Shown: one piece after another, positions 15,756 to 24,742 of the stretch | How the letters are laid out: each line of letters starts with the position of its first letter | Numbering within the stretch: the first letter of the stretch is position 1 | Virus record (IMG/VR): IMGVR_UViG_3300006896_000003 | Location: 1 to 35,711 of that record | Origin: a virus | Taxonomy: Duplodnaviria > Caudoviricetes | Length of the DNA stretch: 35,711 nucleotides | Reading direction: 5' to 3' (one strand) | The notes under the pieces: model-generated | Databases searched by the model: none | The model's input: only the letters and a program-made list of their open reading frames with translations | Told to the model about the DNA's origin: nothing | Position numbers and translations under genes: made by a program

Positions 15756-18038
15756 TTGGGAATCTCAAATCTGGAATCAAGAATCAAAAAATTAGAAAAT
15801 ACAAATAAAAATGAATTGGGAGTTCCGACTGAATCCATTTTCTACCCTGTCAGAAAATTAACGCTTGCCGAGGAAACCAGCCATGATGAGAGCGGGGTAT
15901 CTTTCCCCGTTCTCGTTGCGACTTGGGATAAGCCAGCCGGAGTGCTTCTCCCGGACTCAATAAGACTTATACATAACGACACTACCGTGTCTCTGTCAGG
16001 ATCGGCAACGTCTTACCGAATGAGCGGATACACAGAAGGCAATACGGTGTCTATTAAGGTCGCGGCGATATATTCACAGGGCAATTCGTCAACCGTAATC
16101 GCCGAAAAAACCATAACAGGAGACGCAACGCCGCCCTCTGTGCCAACAAACCTTGTTGTGGCCGGGGGATTTAGAACCCTTACCCTTAGTTGGGAAAATC
16201 CAACTGCCGAGGATTTTTCGCATGTTGAGATATGGGAAAGTGTTGATAGTGACGATATAGCTACGGCAGAAAGAATATCACAGGCTTACGGAACGGAGTT
16301 TGTGCGGTCTAACTGCGGAGTACTTGAAACACGCTGGTACTGGATACGGGCATTGGATGTCAATGGCAACTACAGTGATTTTACGAGTGTGGCAAGCGGA
16401 ACTACTACGGCTATTGCCATGGAAGATGTGCCGGACGGATCAATTGAGAAGTCTAAATTAGGACCAACCCTTACAAGCGACATTGATCTAATGTTCCAAA
16501 ATTTAGATGATTCTGGAAATGCGATAGTTCTTGCACTGGTAAATGACTATGAAAATAAGATTATACAGCGTAATTTAATAGGTAAAGTCAGTGGAGATTC
16601 AATAGCTGCAATAGAGGAAGTTTCAACTGTTGTTACTGGCAAGGCTAAAGTTTATCAACAGGCAAGTGCACCCACAGCGGATATAAATCTCGGTGATCTG
16701 TGGATAGACAATAATGGACTTATCCATAGGTGGAACGGCGTTTTCTGGGGTGACTGCAAAGACAAAGAACTTGCGGATTTGATGGATGTTGCAGTGGCAC
16801 AGCAATGGCTAAAGGTACAGGCTTCAACGGGAGGCAGAAAGGTCATAGCCGGGATTGGGGTTATGGCTGATGCGTCAACCGGATCAGAAATAGCCATACT
16901 TGCAGATAGATTTTATCTACTGACAGAAGTAGAAGGTGAACTTCAACAGCCATTTATTGTTAATGGAGTCACAGGTGAAGTCGGCATTAATGCAGACCTC
17001 ATTGTAGACGGGAGCATTAAAGGAGAAAAGATTTTTGCCGGGGCAAAGATACAACTGGGTGACGGAGGAGAGTTTATAACAGGGGCGGGTAGTGTTGTTC
17101 AAATGTCAAGCGGCGTTATTTTACTTGATTCTGTAAATGGAATAATTCAGGTAAAAGACCCTGAAAATGTTACCACTGGTGACTACGTAAAAATAGATAC
17201 GGGAGACATAACGACCTATCAATATATTAACGGGGCATATGCTCCAATGAAATCATTAAGAAAGATGGCAACCGGTGTAGCTACTAATAACGTAACAACT
17301 ACATTGCCGGGGGCGTGGCCTTCTATCCCTGAAATAATCGTTTCTCCTAAACAACTGCAAAGTTTTATTGGCGGAGCCTACGCTAGTTCGGATCAAAGCA
17401 TGGAATTGGCGGCAACAAATATTTCCAGAAATAGCACAACTGGGGTTGTAACCTTTGTACCCCAGGCTAGGCTTGTAATTAGCGCAGGTTCAGGCACAGT
17501 CACGCCTCCTGCAAGCGGTTCTGGTGTAATTGCAACAGGGGCAATAGGAACAGCGGGTACTTTCTATTCAGCAACAGCCTCACCATCTGTCACAGTAACA
17601 ACTCTTACTGTATCAGCTTCTTGTTACGGACAGGCAGGTAATGAATGGTATGTTGATCATGGTGGAGGGGTATTTACTTATGGTGCTGACATGACTAATG
17701 TTAGTTATGCCTTGTACATTGAAATAAATGGATCATCTTATCTGATTAAAACAGGTAAATTTAACAGGGCGGTTAATGATGTGTCCACAGAACCCTCTTC
17801 TGCTCTTTACGCCGCAGGAACAGCCTCTCAAACACTCACTATAAATGGATTAGTATCAACAATACGGGGGTATGCCGTTTTTACCAAAGCAGATGCTTTT
17901 GTGTCTATGGATACGAGTGCCGCTTTATATGGCAAAGTGAACAAATGTTGGGTAAAAATAAATTCAATTTCATATGCACTTATCGGCTCAGAACAGCTTG
18001 CCACTGGCACTCTTAATTACATGGCAATTGCAGAGTAA
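15756..18038 (+). CDS. Tail tip / host-specificity protein with Fn3 and TipJ-like (DUF1983-like) domains
   Basis: DATPPSVPTNL..LSWENP..YWIRALDVNGNYSDF (Fn3); IAGIGVMAD..SEIAILADRF..PFIVNG..IVDGSI (J C-terminal-like); Ser/Thr/Gly-rich tip. Confidence 0.7.
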   Translation: MGISNLESRIKKLENTNKNELGVPTESIFYPVRKLTLAEETSHDESGVSFPVLVATWDKPAGVLLPDSIRLIHNDTTVSLSGSATSYRMSGYTEGNTVSIKVAAIYSQGNSSTVIAEKTITGDATPPSVPTNLVVAGGFRTLTLSWENPTAEDFSHVEIWESVDSDDIATAERISQAYGTEFVRSNCGVLETRWYWIRALDVNGNYSDFTSVASGTTTAIAMEDVPDGSIEKSKLGPTLTSDIDLMFQNLDDSGNAIVLALVNDYENKIIQRNLIGKVSGDSIAAIEEVSTVVTGKAKVYQQASAPTADINLGDLWIDNNGLIHRWNGVFWGDCKDKELADLMDVAVAQQWLKVQASTGGRKVIAGIGVMADASTGSEIAILADRFYLLTEVEGELQQPFIVNGVTGEVGINADLIVDGSIKGEKIFAGAKIQLGDGGEFITGAGSVVQMSSGVILLDSVNGIIQVKDPENVTTGDYVKIDTGDITTYQYINGAYAPMKSLRKMATGVATNNVTTTLPGAWPSIPEIIVSPKQLQSFIGGAYASSDQSMELAATNISRNSTTGVVTFVPQARLVISAGSGTVTPPASGSGVIATGAIGTAGTFYSATASPSVTVTTLTVSASCYGQAGNEWYVDHGGGVFTYGADMTNVSYALYIEINGSSYLIKTGKFNRAVNDVSTEPSSALYAAGTASQTLTINGLVSTIRGYAVFTKADAFVSMDTSAALYGKVNKCWVKINSISYALIGSEQLATGTLNYMAIAE

Positions 18039-18056
18039 CAAGGGAGGTTCAAATAC

Positions 18057-19190
18057 ATGGCAACGTACAGAACCGGGACCATAACAGTTACAAACGGATC
18101 TAAAGCTGTTACAGGAGCATCTACCCTGTTTAAAACCGCAGGAGTTGTAAGCGGAGACCAGTTATATATTGTTGATGCGAACAATATCCCGACAGGATAT
18201 CTATATGAGGTTGATGTTGTAGACAGCGATACCCTCATTACACTGAAACAGAATTATCAGGGGACAACAGCATCAGGTCAAAACTATATGATAATGAATA
18301 TGGCGGGTAATCAGACCGTGCCTAATTTTGCGTCAAGGCTTGCGCCGGTTATGCAAAGCTGGGGTGATATAGAAGGAAAAATAAGTGTCACCCCTCAAAT
18401 TGATGGAATACCGCAAGCTGACGAAACAGGAAAGATTGATAAGGGGTGGTTGCCAGATGCAACTACTGAGGCAAAGGGCGTTGTAAAAGTAGGAACAAAT
18501 ATCAGTGTGGCAGACGGGGTTATTTCTGTGCCCGATGCTTCGACTGTAGCTAAGGGCATGGTGAAAATAGGTACCAATCTTAGTGTGGCAGACGGGGTTA
18601 TTTCTGTGCCCGATGCAACTACTGAGGCAAAGGGCGTTGTAAAAGTAGGAGCTAATATCAATGTAACAGAAGGAACTATTTCTGTGTCTGTTGCATCAGA
18701 GACAGTTAAAGGCGTTTCTGAACTTGCGACAAGCGCAGAGGTATTGGCTGGCACTGATACCGAAAGACCCATAACCCCCAAAACACTGACCGACAAAATA
18801 CTGGGCACGGTTTCCCAATCGTCAGGCGTTCCTACGGGCGCAATTATCGAAAGTGGCAGTAATGCCAACGGACATTATATTAAACATGCAGATGGCACGA
18901 TGATATGTTATATGCCTCGAAAAAGCATGGGGAACATAGCATGTACCACTGTTGCCGCAACAGGAGTTAGATATATTAGTGCAGGGGTTGATATTACCTT
19001 TCCTGCAACTTTTATAGACAGGAACGTCAGCGCATCTTTCAGCGTGTGCGCGGCTTCGAATACGCCCAAACCGTATTATTTCGATGTTGGAGCTGAGAAT
19101 TTTGGCACTGGTACTATCCTTTTTGAACACACTACCAATACTTCAACCGCAACAACAATAAACTTAACTCTAATTGGCAGGTGGTTCTAA
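18057..19190 (+). CDS. Tail fibre protein
   Basis: N-terminal YRTGTITVTNGSKAVTG anchor; 26-aa ATTEAKGVVKVG repeats; C-terminal IIESGSNANGHYIKHADGTMIC..ITFPATF..IGRW domain. Confidence 0.85.
   Translation: MATYRTGTITVTNGSKAVTGASTLFKTAGVVSGDQLYIVDANNIPTGYLYEVDVVDSDTLITLKQNYQGTTASGQNYMIMNMAGNQTVPNFASRLAPVMQSWGDIEGKISVTPQIDGIPQADETGKIDKGWLPDATTEAKGVVKVGTNISVADGVISVPDASTVAKGMVKIGTNLSVADGVISVPDATTEAKGVVKVGANINVTEGTISVSVASETVKGVSELATSAEVLAGTDTERPITPKTLTDKILGTVSQSSGVPTGAIIESGSNANGHYIKHADGTMICYMPRKSMGNIACTTVAATGVRYISAGVDITFPATFIDRNVSASFSVCAASNTPKPYYFDVGAENFGTGTILFEHTTNTSTATTINLTLIGRWF
18456..18720 (+). repeat. 78-bp (26-aa) tandem repeats in the tail fibre
   Basis: Exact 39-nt match 18456-18494 vs 18612-18650; exact 35-nt match 18504-18538 vs 18582-18616. 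Confidence 0.9.
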
Positions 19191-19597
19191 TGGCAGAAAA
19201 CTACACCCTCAGGATTGACGCGGGTGCTGATTGTTTCTTTGCCCTTAGGTTAAGGCAGGAAGACGGAACATATCTGAACCTGAATGGATGTTCCGCAACG
19301 ATGGTTCTTAAAAATAATTTTAGTGAATCTGATGACCTTGTAACCCTGACCTCCCTTACTGGGGGCGGAATAACGTTTGAAAAGTGGGATGACGTAACAA
19401 GCGAATGGGATGACACGATAGCGGTACACATTACAGACACAGACACAGCGCCTCTCGTTGATTACACGGTAATGGATACAGACGGAGATGTCGCTTATGG
19501 CGAAGGGGTATATGACCTAGAAGTTACAGACGAGGAATCAATGGTCACACGCACTATACAGGGCTACTGGATAGCCAGTCCGGGGGTGAACAGGTAA
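19190..19597 (+). CDS. Fibre-attachment / BppU-N-like beta-sandwich protein
   Basis: YTLRIDAGAD..LNLNGCSATM..GVYDLEV..TRTIQG..SPGVNR pattern; TAATG overlap with the upstream stop. Confidence 0.6.
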   Translation: MAENYTLRIDAGADCFFALRLRQEDGTYLNLNGCSATMVLKNNFSESDDLVTLTSLTGGGITFEKWDDVTSEWDDTIAVHITDTDTAPLVDYTVMDTDGDVAYGEGVYDLEVTDEESMVTRTIQGYWIASPGVNR

Positions 19598-22081
19598 ATG
19601 GTTGAGAAATTATCAGGACAAATAGATGTTGTTGAGGTATCAAGCAGGAGGGGCAGGTCTGCAACTATAGTCATAGGGACAGTCACAGATGCGCTTCCTG
19701 ATGTTGCGACAACAGTAACCAACTCAGGTACATCAGGTGAAATGATACTGGACTTTGTTATACGAAGGGGCGACAGCGTAGAATTAAGAATAAGCGAAGG
19801 CTATTTACAGTGGAAAACTACAACAGCAGTAAGCTGGAATAATATTCTTCTCATAGCCGACATAACTCCTACAATACAAGTGGGCACGGTCACAACAGGC
19901 GTTGCAGGAACAGATGTTGCGGTGACGAACTCTGGCACGGGCAAGGATGGAGTGTTTAATTTTACCATCCCTATGGGCGATTCTGTTGAACTCAGAATAG
20001 ATGGCGGCAAGTTGCAGTGGAAGAACACGACTGCTGAAGCTTGGACAGACATACTGACTATTTCAAGTATTACCGCAACTGTTGAACTTGGAACAGTAAG
20101 CACTGGTGCGGCTGGCACAGAGGCTCAGGTCACAAACTCAGGCTTAGGGAAAGATGCTGTATTTAACTTTATCATTCCCCGTGGTGATGACGTGTCACTC
20201 CGTATTGACAGTGGTTATTTACAGTGGAAGAACACAACCGCACTCACTTGGACAAATATTATCGCGGTCAGCGACATTACCGCAACAATAGATATTGGAA
20301 CAGTGGTTACTGGTGACGCTGACACAAGCGTAACCTTTACAAATAGCGGCTCGGGCAAAGATGCCGTATTCAATGTCTCGATACCGAAGGGGACAACGTT
20401 CACTCCGGCGGTAAGCGCAGAGGGTGTTATTTCGTGGACAAATGACGGAGGACTCGGTAATCCGACATCTGTAAATATCAAGGGTATCCAAGGCAACCCT
20501 GCCCCTAACACAATCTGGCAGTTTTCAGCAGATGAGATTAACTGGTCAACCACACCTCCAGAAAATGTTATCTATATGCGGGAAAGTTCTGATGATGGTG
20601 TTACGTGGTCGGATGCTATTTTGATGCCTACGGTTGCGGCATTGGCACTCAAAGCCCCTCTTTCCTCTCCAACATTTACGGGTGATGTTATTGTCCCTGA
20701 CCAGACAGCAGGGAGTAACAGCACGAAGGCGGCGAACACTAAGTATGTGGATGCGAAAGTTGCAGAGGCTATTGCTAACGGAGTAACGGGGATAGCACCT
20801 TCGCAGGATGTGGTTTATGATGCCCTTGCACTCAAGGCTGACATGGTCTCTCTCGAAACAGAAAAAAAGCTCTTGATGGATGAAATCTATAGCCTTAAAA
20901 AGTCTGCTATTGAAAACTCAAACGCACCTTACCTCACTGTAAGCGACTACGGCGACGTTATGCTTGCGAAAAATAGCGTAGGCGTGGGGACTGTCGGCGC
21001 GGATGGGGTAACGGTAACAAATCTGGCTGTTAATGGGGATTTGGCTACCGGTACAACGTATAATTGGGCGCCAGGGAATGCTTATTCCGGTATATCTGTT
21101 GTTGATGGGGCACTACAGGTTGAATGTTTATCGGTAAACAATGCGGTAGGTACCGCGAATAATATGACTCTTCTTGCAGGAAGCAAATATTTTGTTTGCT
21201 TTGATTTTAAGCCCTTTAGGAGCCATTACCCGGTGGTTTATACAGGTGCCACCGTTACGCTTTCCACTCTTGCCACCCAAGGTGTGTTTACGCATGTAAC
21301 TGGTATTTTTACACCGCCATCTCAGCGATCATCTTTGCCCATATACGCAAACGGAGCTGTCTCAACAGATATGGCAATAGGTAGCAAGAGTCACGTAAAA
21401 AGATTGATGGTTATTAATTTGACAGTGGCAGGACTAGCAGACAAAACCGCAAGTCAAATTGACATGTTGGTTCAATCGGGATACTTTGACGGCAAAAAAA
21501 CTTTTAGCGGCACAGGTTGCCTTGTTTCCATGGATTCAGCTTTGGCTGAAACAGGCAGAATGTATTTTAAAACAGATCCAATGTATTCAAATGCCACGCT
21601 GAAGGATATTTTAACTTACAGCGAAGGAAAATATTACCACACGCACAACGTGGACTCAGACGGCGTGGCAATAGCAGAGCCCTACGACACTGAGGTTGAT
21701 ACAAATGGTCAGTTCTTGGCTCTCTCTGAAGGCACAGTGACCTACGAACCTTGGTATCCAGATATTGGAATTTACACGGACAAGTTTGCGCTCGACAAAG
21801 CAATCACCGCTGTTAAAGAATTGTATAAATACGGCTCCGAGACGCCAATAACTGACGCTGTTATAGCAGGTAATGGGCTGAGTTTTACGAGCGCAAGTTT
21901 GGCCGCTGGTGATTTAGCTTATGGAGTGTTTGAGTTTACTGAACCACTCCGACCGCTAATGACGATAAAAAGCCGAAACGATGACGCAACAACAGCAGAC
22001 ACGGCAACAGGAATAGTATATACATTCCGACCTGTAATTACCAATGGGGTAATTGCAAGTTGGTCGTTAACGGAGGTGTAG
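19598..22081 (+). CDS. Tail fibre / receptor-binding protein with 69-aa repeats and a putative carbohydrate-binding domain
   Basis: Three GTVTTG..VTNSG..FTIPxG-DSVELRI..LQWK repeats; APLSSPTFTG..ANTKYVD fibre motif; TNLAVNGD starts a CBM-like region. Confidence 0.75.
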   Translation: MVEKLSGQIDVVEVSSRRGRSATIVIGTVTDALPDVATTVTNSGTSGEMILDFVIRRGDSVELRISEGYLQWKTTTAVSWNNILLIADITPTIQVGTVTTGVAGTDVAVTNSGTGKDGVFNFTIPMGDSVELRIDGGKLQWKNTTAEAWTDILTISSITATVELGTVSTGAAGTEAQVTNSGLGKDAVFNFIIPRGDDVSLRIDSGYLQWKNTTALTWTNIIAVSDITATIDIGTVVTGDADTSVTFTNSGSGKDAVFNVSIPKGTTFTPAVSAEGVISWTNDGGLGNPTSVNIKGIQGNPAPNTIWQFSADEINWSTTPPENVIYMRESSDDGVTWSDAILMPTVAALALKAPLSSPTFTGDVIVPDQTAGSNSTKAANTKYVDAKVAEAIANGVTGIAPSQDVVYDALALKADMVSLETEKKLLMDEIYSLKKSAIENSNAPYLTVSDYGDVMLAKNSVGVGTVGADGVTVTNLAVNGDLATGTTYNWAPGNAYSGISVVDGALQVECLSVNNAVGTANNMTLLAGSKYFVCFDFKPFRSHYPVVYTGATVTLSTLATQGVFTHVTGIFTPPSQRSSLPIYANGAVSTDMAIGSKSHVKRLMVINLTVAGLADKTASQIDMLVQSGYFDGKKTFSGTGCLVSMDSALAETGRMYFKTDPMYSNATLKDILTYSEGKYYHTHNVDSDGVAIAEPYDTEVDTNGQFLALSEGTVTYEPWYPDIGIYTDKFALDKAITAVKELYKYGSETPITDAVIAGNGLSFTSASLAAGDLAYGVFEFTEPLRPLMTIKSRNDDATTADTATGIVYTFRPVITNGVIASWSLTEV
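19661..20391 (+). repeat. 207-bp (69-aa) degenerate tandem repeats, about 3.5 copies
   Basis: The LQWK motif recurs near 19805, 20012 and 20219. Confidence 0.85.
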
Positions 22082-22083
22082 TT

Positions 22084-22188
22084 ATGGATGAGATATTTAT
22101 GATCCTGTTAAGGAAAAAGATAGAACAGGGCGAGATTCTATTAGAAGCAATACCACAGGAATTGCGAGGGCAAGTCAGTGATAATTAA
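22084..22188 (+). CDS. 34-aa CD1375-like small protein (MDEIFMILLRKKIEQGEILLEAIPQELRGQVSDN)
   Basis: SD GGAGGTG at 22072-22078. The I..G..L..IP..LR..V pattern is typical of small proteins following fibre genes. Missing from the ORF track. Confidence 0.6.
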   Translation: MDEIFMILLRKKIEQGEILLEAIPQELRGQVSDN

Positions 22189-22591
22189 CCTGCTTCTTTC
22201 TTTCGTCCTGGCCTTTTCAGTCCACGAACTAGGGCACTACCTAACCGCCATGTTTTTAGGTCACACGTTGGAATTTCGAAGACAAGGCATCCGCTTTCTC
22301 TGGGACATGCCGGACGACACAGAGGCACATCAGCGACTTATAGCACTTTCAGGCTTCGGAGCGGAGATTTTAGCCGCTCCGTTGCTTTATCTTGCAGGGC
22401 TGACCCTGTATCCGTGGGTGGTTGTCGCGCACCTGATTGCTTATCCGTTTTATGCGGGCGGGAGCAGTGACTTCCAGTGGCTTAACGGCTTCGCAGGTAT
22501 TTCTAAGCGTGGGTGGATGTGGATTGATATCTTGACTTTGTGTGGCGCGTTTTGGTACGGGATATACAAAATAGTCATGAAGGTGATTTAA
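22178..22591 (+). CDS. Small membrane protein with M50/site-2-protease-like HExxH motif
   Basis: Hydrophobic helix leading into VHELGH; later IALSGFGAE and PFYAGGSSDF resemble the M50 AGP and P..DG motifs; several TM segments. Confidence 0.55.
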   Translation: MIINLLLSFVLAFSVHELGHYLTAMFLGHTLEFRRQGIRFLWDMPDDTEAHQRLIALSGFGAEILAAPLLYLAGLTLYPWVVVAHLIAYPFYAGGSSDFQWLNGFAGISKRGWMWIDILTLCGAFWYGIYKIVMKVI

Positions 22592-22968
22592 TGAAAATTT
22601 CCAAAGCCCCAATGCCATTTGGCTACTGGTGGGCTATGTACACAGATAAAGTAAAAGGAGATGCCGGATTTAAAAAATTCGAGCATCTTTTTTTTGAGCC
22701 TGAATATGGATTTATGACATGGAGCCTGAATCCTGATTGCACGGTCCTGACCATACACAAGGCGGCAGGAGACGGTAAGCATTGGAGGCAGAAAGCCTAT
22801 GACATGTTCAGATTGGGGAAAGAGAAATATGGCCTTAAGAAACTCAGGGTATGCACCGTAAGGAATCCTGAGGCGTTTATGCGCAGGTTTGGCGGGGAAG
22901 TAGTAGGGACGGAAGTCAATAAACATGGGCAGACTGTTTATTGGCTAGAGACGCGGGAGGTGTTTTAA
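22591..22968 (+). CDS. Hypothetical protein, possibly GNAT-like head-assembly factor
   Basis: ATG 22591 with TAATG overlap and SD AAGGTG; occupies the slot just before the ejection genes. Confidence 0.5.
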   Translation: MKISKAPMPFGYWWAMYTDKVKGDAGFKKFEHLFFEPEYGFMTWSLNPDCTVLTIHKAAGDGKHWRQKAYDMFRLGKEKYGLKKLRVCTVRNPEAFMRRFGGEVVGTEVNKHGQTVYWLETREVF

Positions 22969-23544
22969 ATGGGCGGTGGAGGTTCAAGCACAGAACAGGT
23001 GTCCAACAGAGATCCTTATACAGCCGAAATGCAAGCCATGGATTCGGCTCTGTATAACCAGTTTATGCCTATGTACGAAGGTTATGGCGCTGACTTAACC
23101 AAGGCCGATGAAACATATGGTCAGTATGGAGATAAATACAACGAGGCATATTCAGGACTTCAGGGATTAACGCAGACAGGGCAACTTCCTTCTGGAATGA
23201 CGGACACTGTTAATGACTATCTGACAAGGTCAATGAATAAATCTCTTGGGTCTGCTATGTCACAGAACGCAGGTAAAGGGGTACTTAACAGTTCGGTAAC
23301 ATCAAAGGCAATAAACGAAATAGGGACAAACACGGCTGATGCTTTTGCGAATAATTACAGCAGTATGCTAGGTCAGGCAAGCCAGAATTACGGGACTCTA
23401 ATGAGCGGGGCAAGTGACGCACAGAGTAAGATTTACGATGACCTGAATAATAAGTATTCCGGGGCGTTTAATTACTGGCAGAAGCGCAAGGATTCCGAAG
23501 ATCTCGCTGATTACGATACGATCGTAACGCAGGATTCAAAGTAG
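22969..23544 (+). CDS. Internal virion / DNA ejection protein
   Basis: MGGGGSS start; Q/S/N/A-rich helical sequence with GVLNSS; SD GGAGGTG. Confidence 0.65.
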   Translation: MGGGGSSTEQVSNRDPYTAEMQAMDSALYNQFMPMYEGYGADLTKADETYGQYGDKYNEAYSGLQGLTQTGQLPSGMTDTVNDYLTRSMNKSLGSAMSQNAGKGVLNSSVTSKAINEIGTNTADAFANNYSSMLGQASQNYGTLMSGASDAQSKIYDDLNNKYSGAFNYWQKRKDSEDLADYDTIVTQDSK

Positions 23545-23559
23545 GGGGGACTGAGGTGT

Positions 23560-23862
23560 ATGTCAGTTTATTACGCTAAATCCGGAGGAAGCAACCCCTT
23601 GGGAATACTGGGAACACTGCTCTCGATCGTTCCGGGAATGGCCCCTGTTGGTGCGGCGATCGGCGCGGCTGGAGCGCTTGCTAAGGGCAATCCTGCTGGA
23701 GCAATACCGAGTCTGGTTAACATGAGTAAAACTGGGCAGGCGACTCCCGCTACGGCTACATCTTCGTCACCTGCGACATCTTTTACTGGGTATCAACCTG
23801 CTAATGATAATAAATATCTGGAGTGGATGAAGCAATATAACACAAGCGGAGGAGCTAGGTGA
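23560..23862 (+). CDS. Small ejection protein with Gly/Ala-rich hydrophobic segment
   Basis: LGILGTLLSIVPGMAPVGAAIGAAGAL; position within the ejection cluster. Confidence 0.6.
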   Translation: MSVYYAKSGGSNPLGILGTLLSIVPGMAPVGAAIGAAGALAKGNPAGAIPSLVNMSKTGQATPATATSSSPATSFTGYQPANDNKYLEWMKQYNTSGGAR

Positions 23863-24737
23863 TGCTTAATTTTATAGATCCGAGCGAGCTTGATCTGTTT
23901 GGGCGAATGCCTATCCTTTCAGGCTTAACCAGTCTTTTAAGGGCACCGAGTCTTTGGGGCGCAGAGAACAATGCTCCCGTCGTACAGGGGAGCAAAAATC
24001 CCGATACTCCTTATACAACAATAAATGCAATGCTTAAGGGGCCTGAGCCGGCCCCTATGATAACACCCAAGGCCACATTAAATGCGCCTGTGGCAGAAAA
24101 CAAAAAGAATACAAATAAAGCCAAGGGCACTGTAACGCAGGGGGAGAATAACAGCGCACCAAAGTCTGGAGCTATGGTTAAGGGCAATATTGACCTCAGT
24201 ACAAGGCCGGTTGTTAAAAACGAAGATGGGTCGATTTCTACTGTTAAAAGCATATCAGTGGACTTTGACGGCAAGACTTATCTTATCCCGACCATTAGTG
24301 ATGACGGGCGGGTCCTTTCTACCGACGAGGCTATTCAGATGTTTAAAAAAACAAAGAGACATCTCGGCATGTTCCCTGATGCCTCATCCGCAGATGAATA
24401 TGCAAAACAATTATCACATCAACAGGGTGTTGATTATGGAGCCGCCGATCCAGTTACGTTTGCACAGAGGGCCGTAAACGGCACAGAACAATCCTCATCG
24501 TCAAAAAACGACCCTGTTTCAAGCTCCACCGAAGACAGATATCAACAGCTTTTAAAGATGTATGGCATCGCTCCGAATGTATCTGCGGCCCCGAATGGTA
24601 TGCCTGATACGCAGGCTCGTCAAATAGGACTTAATACGGGGGTAACGTCGGGTATTTTTAGTCCAGAAGCGGCGCTTGAATATTACGGTGGCGATCAGTC
24701 TATGTATGATTCACTAGCAAGAATGTATGGGTGGTGA
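23859..24737 (+). CDS. Putative ejection protein with an embedded globular domain
   Basis: Low-complexity flanks around GNIDLSTRPVVKNEDGSISTV..LIPTI..HLGMF..ADEYA. Confidence 0.55.
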   Translation: MMLNFIDPSELDLFGRMPILSGLTSLLRAPSLWGAENNAPVVQGSKNPDTPYTTINAMLKGPEPAPMITPKATLNAPVAENKKNTNKAKGTVTQGENNSAPKSGAMVKGNIDLSTRPVVKNEDGSISTVKSISVDFDGKTYLIPTISDDGRVLSTDEAIQMFKKTKRHLGMFPDASSADEYAKQLSHQQGVDYGAADPVTFAQRAVNGTEQSSSSKNDPVSSSTEDRYQQLLKMYGIAPNVSAAPNGMPDTQARQIGLNTGVTSGIFSPEAALEYYGGDQSMYDSLARMYGW

Positions 24738-24742
24738 TTTAA

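Noticed and set aside
15756-22081. Diversity-generating retroelement or invertible fibre cassette
   Set aside because: No reverse transcriptase or invertase in the window, and I saw no TR/VR pair or inverted crossover sites.
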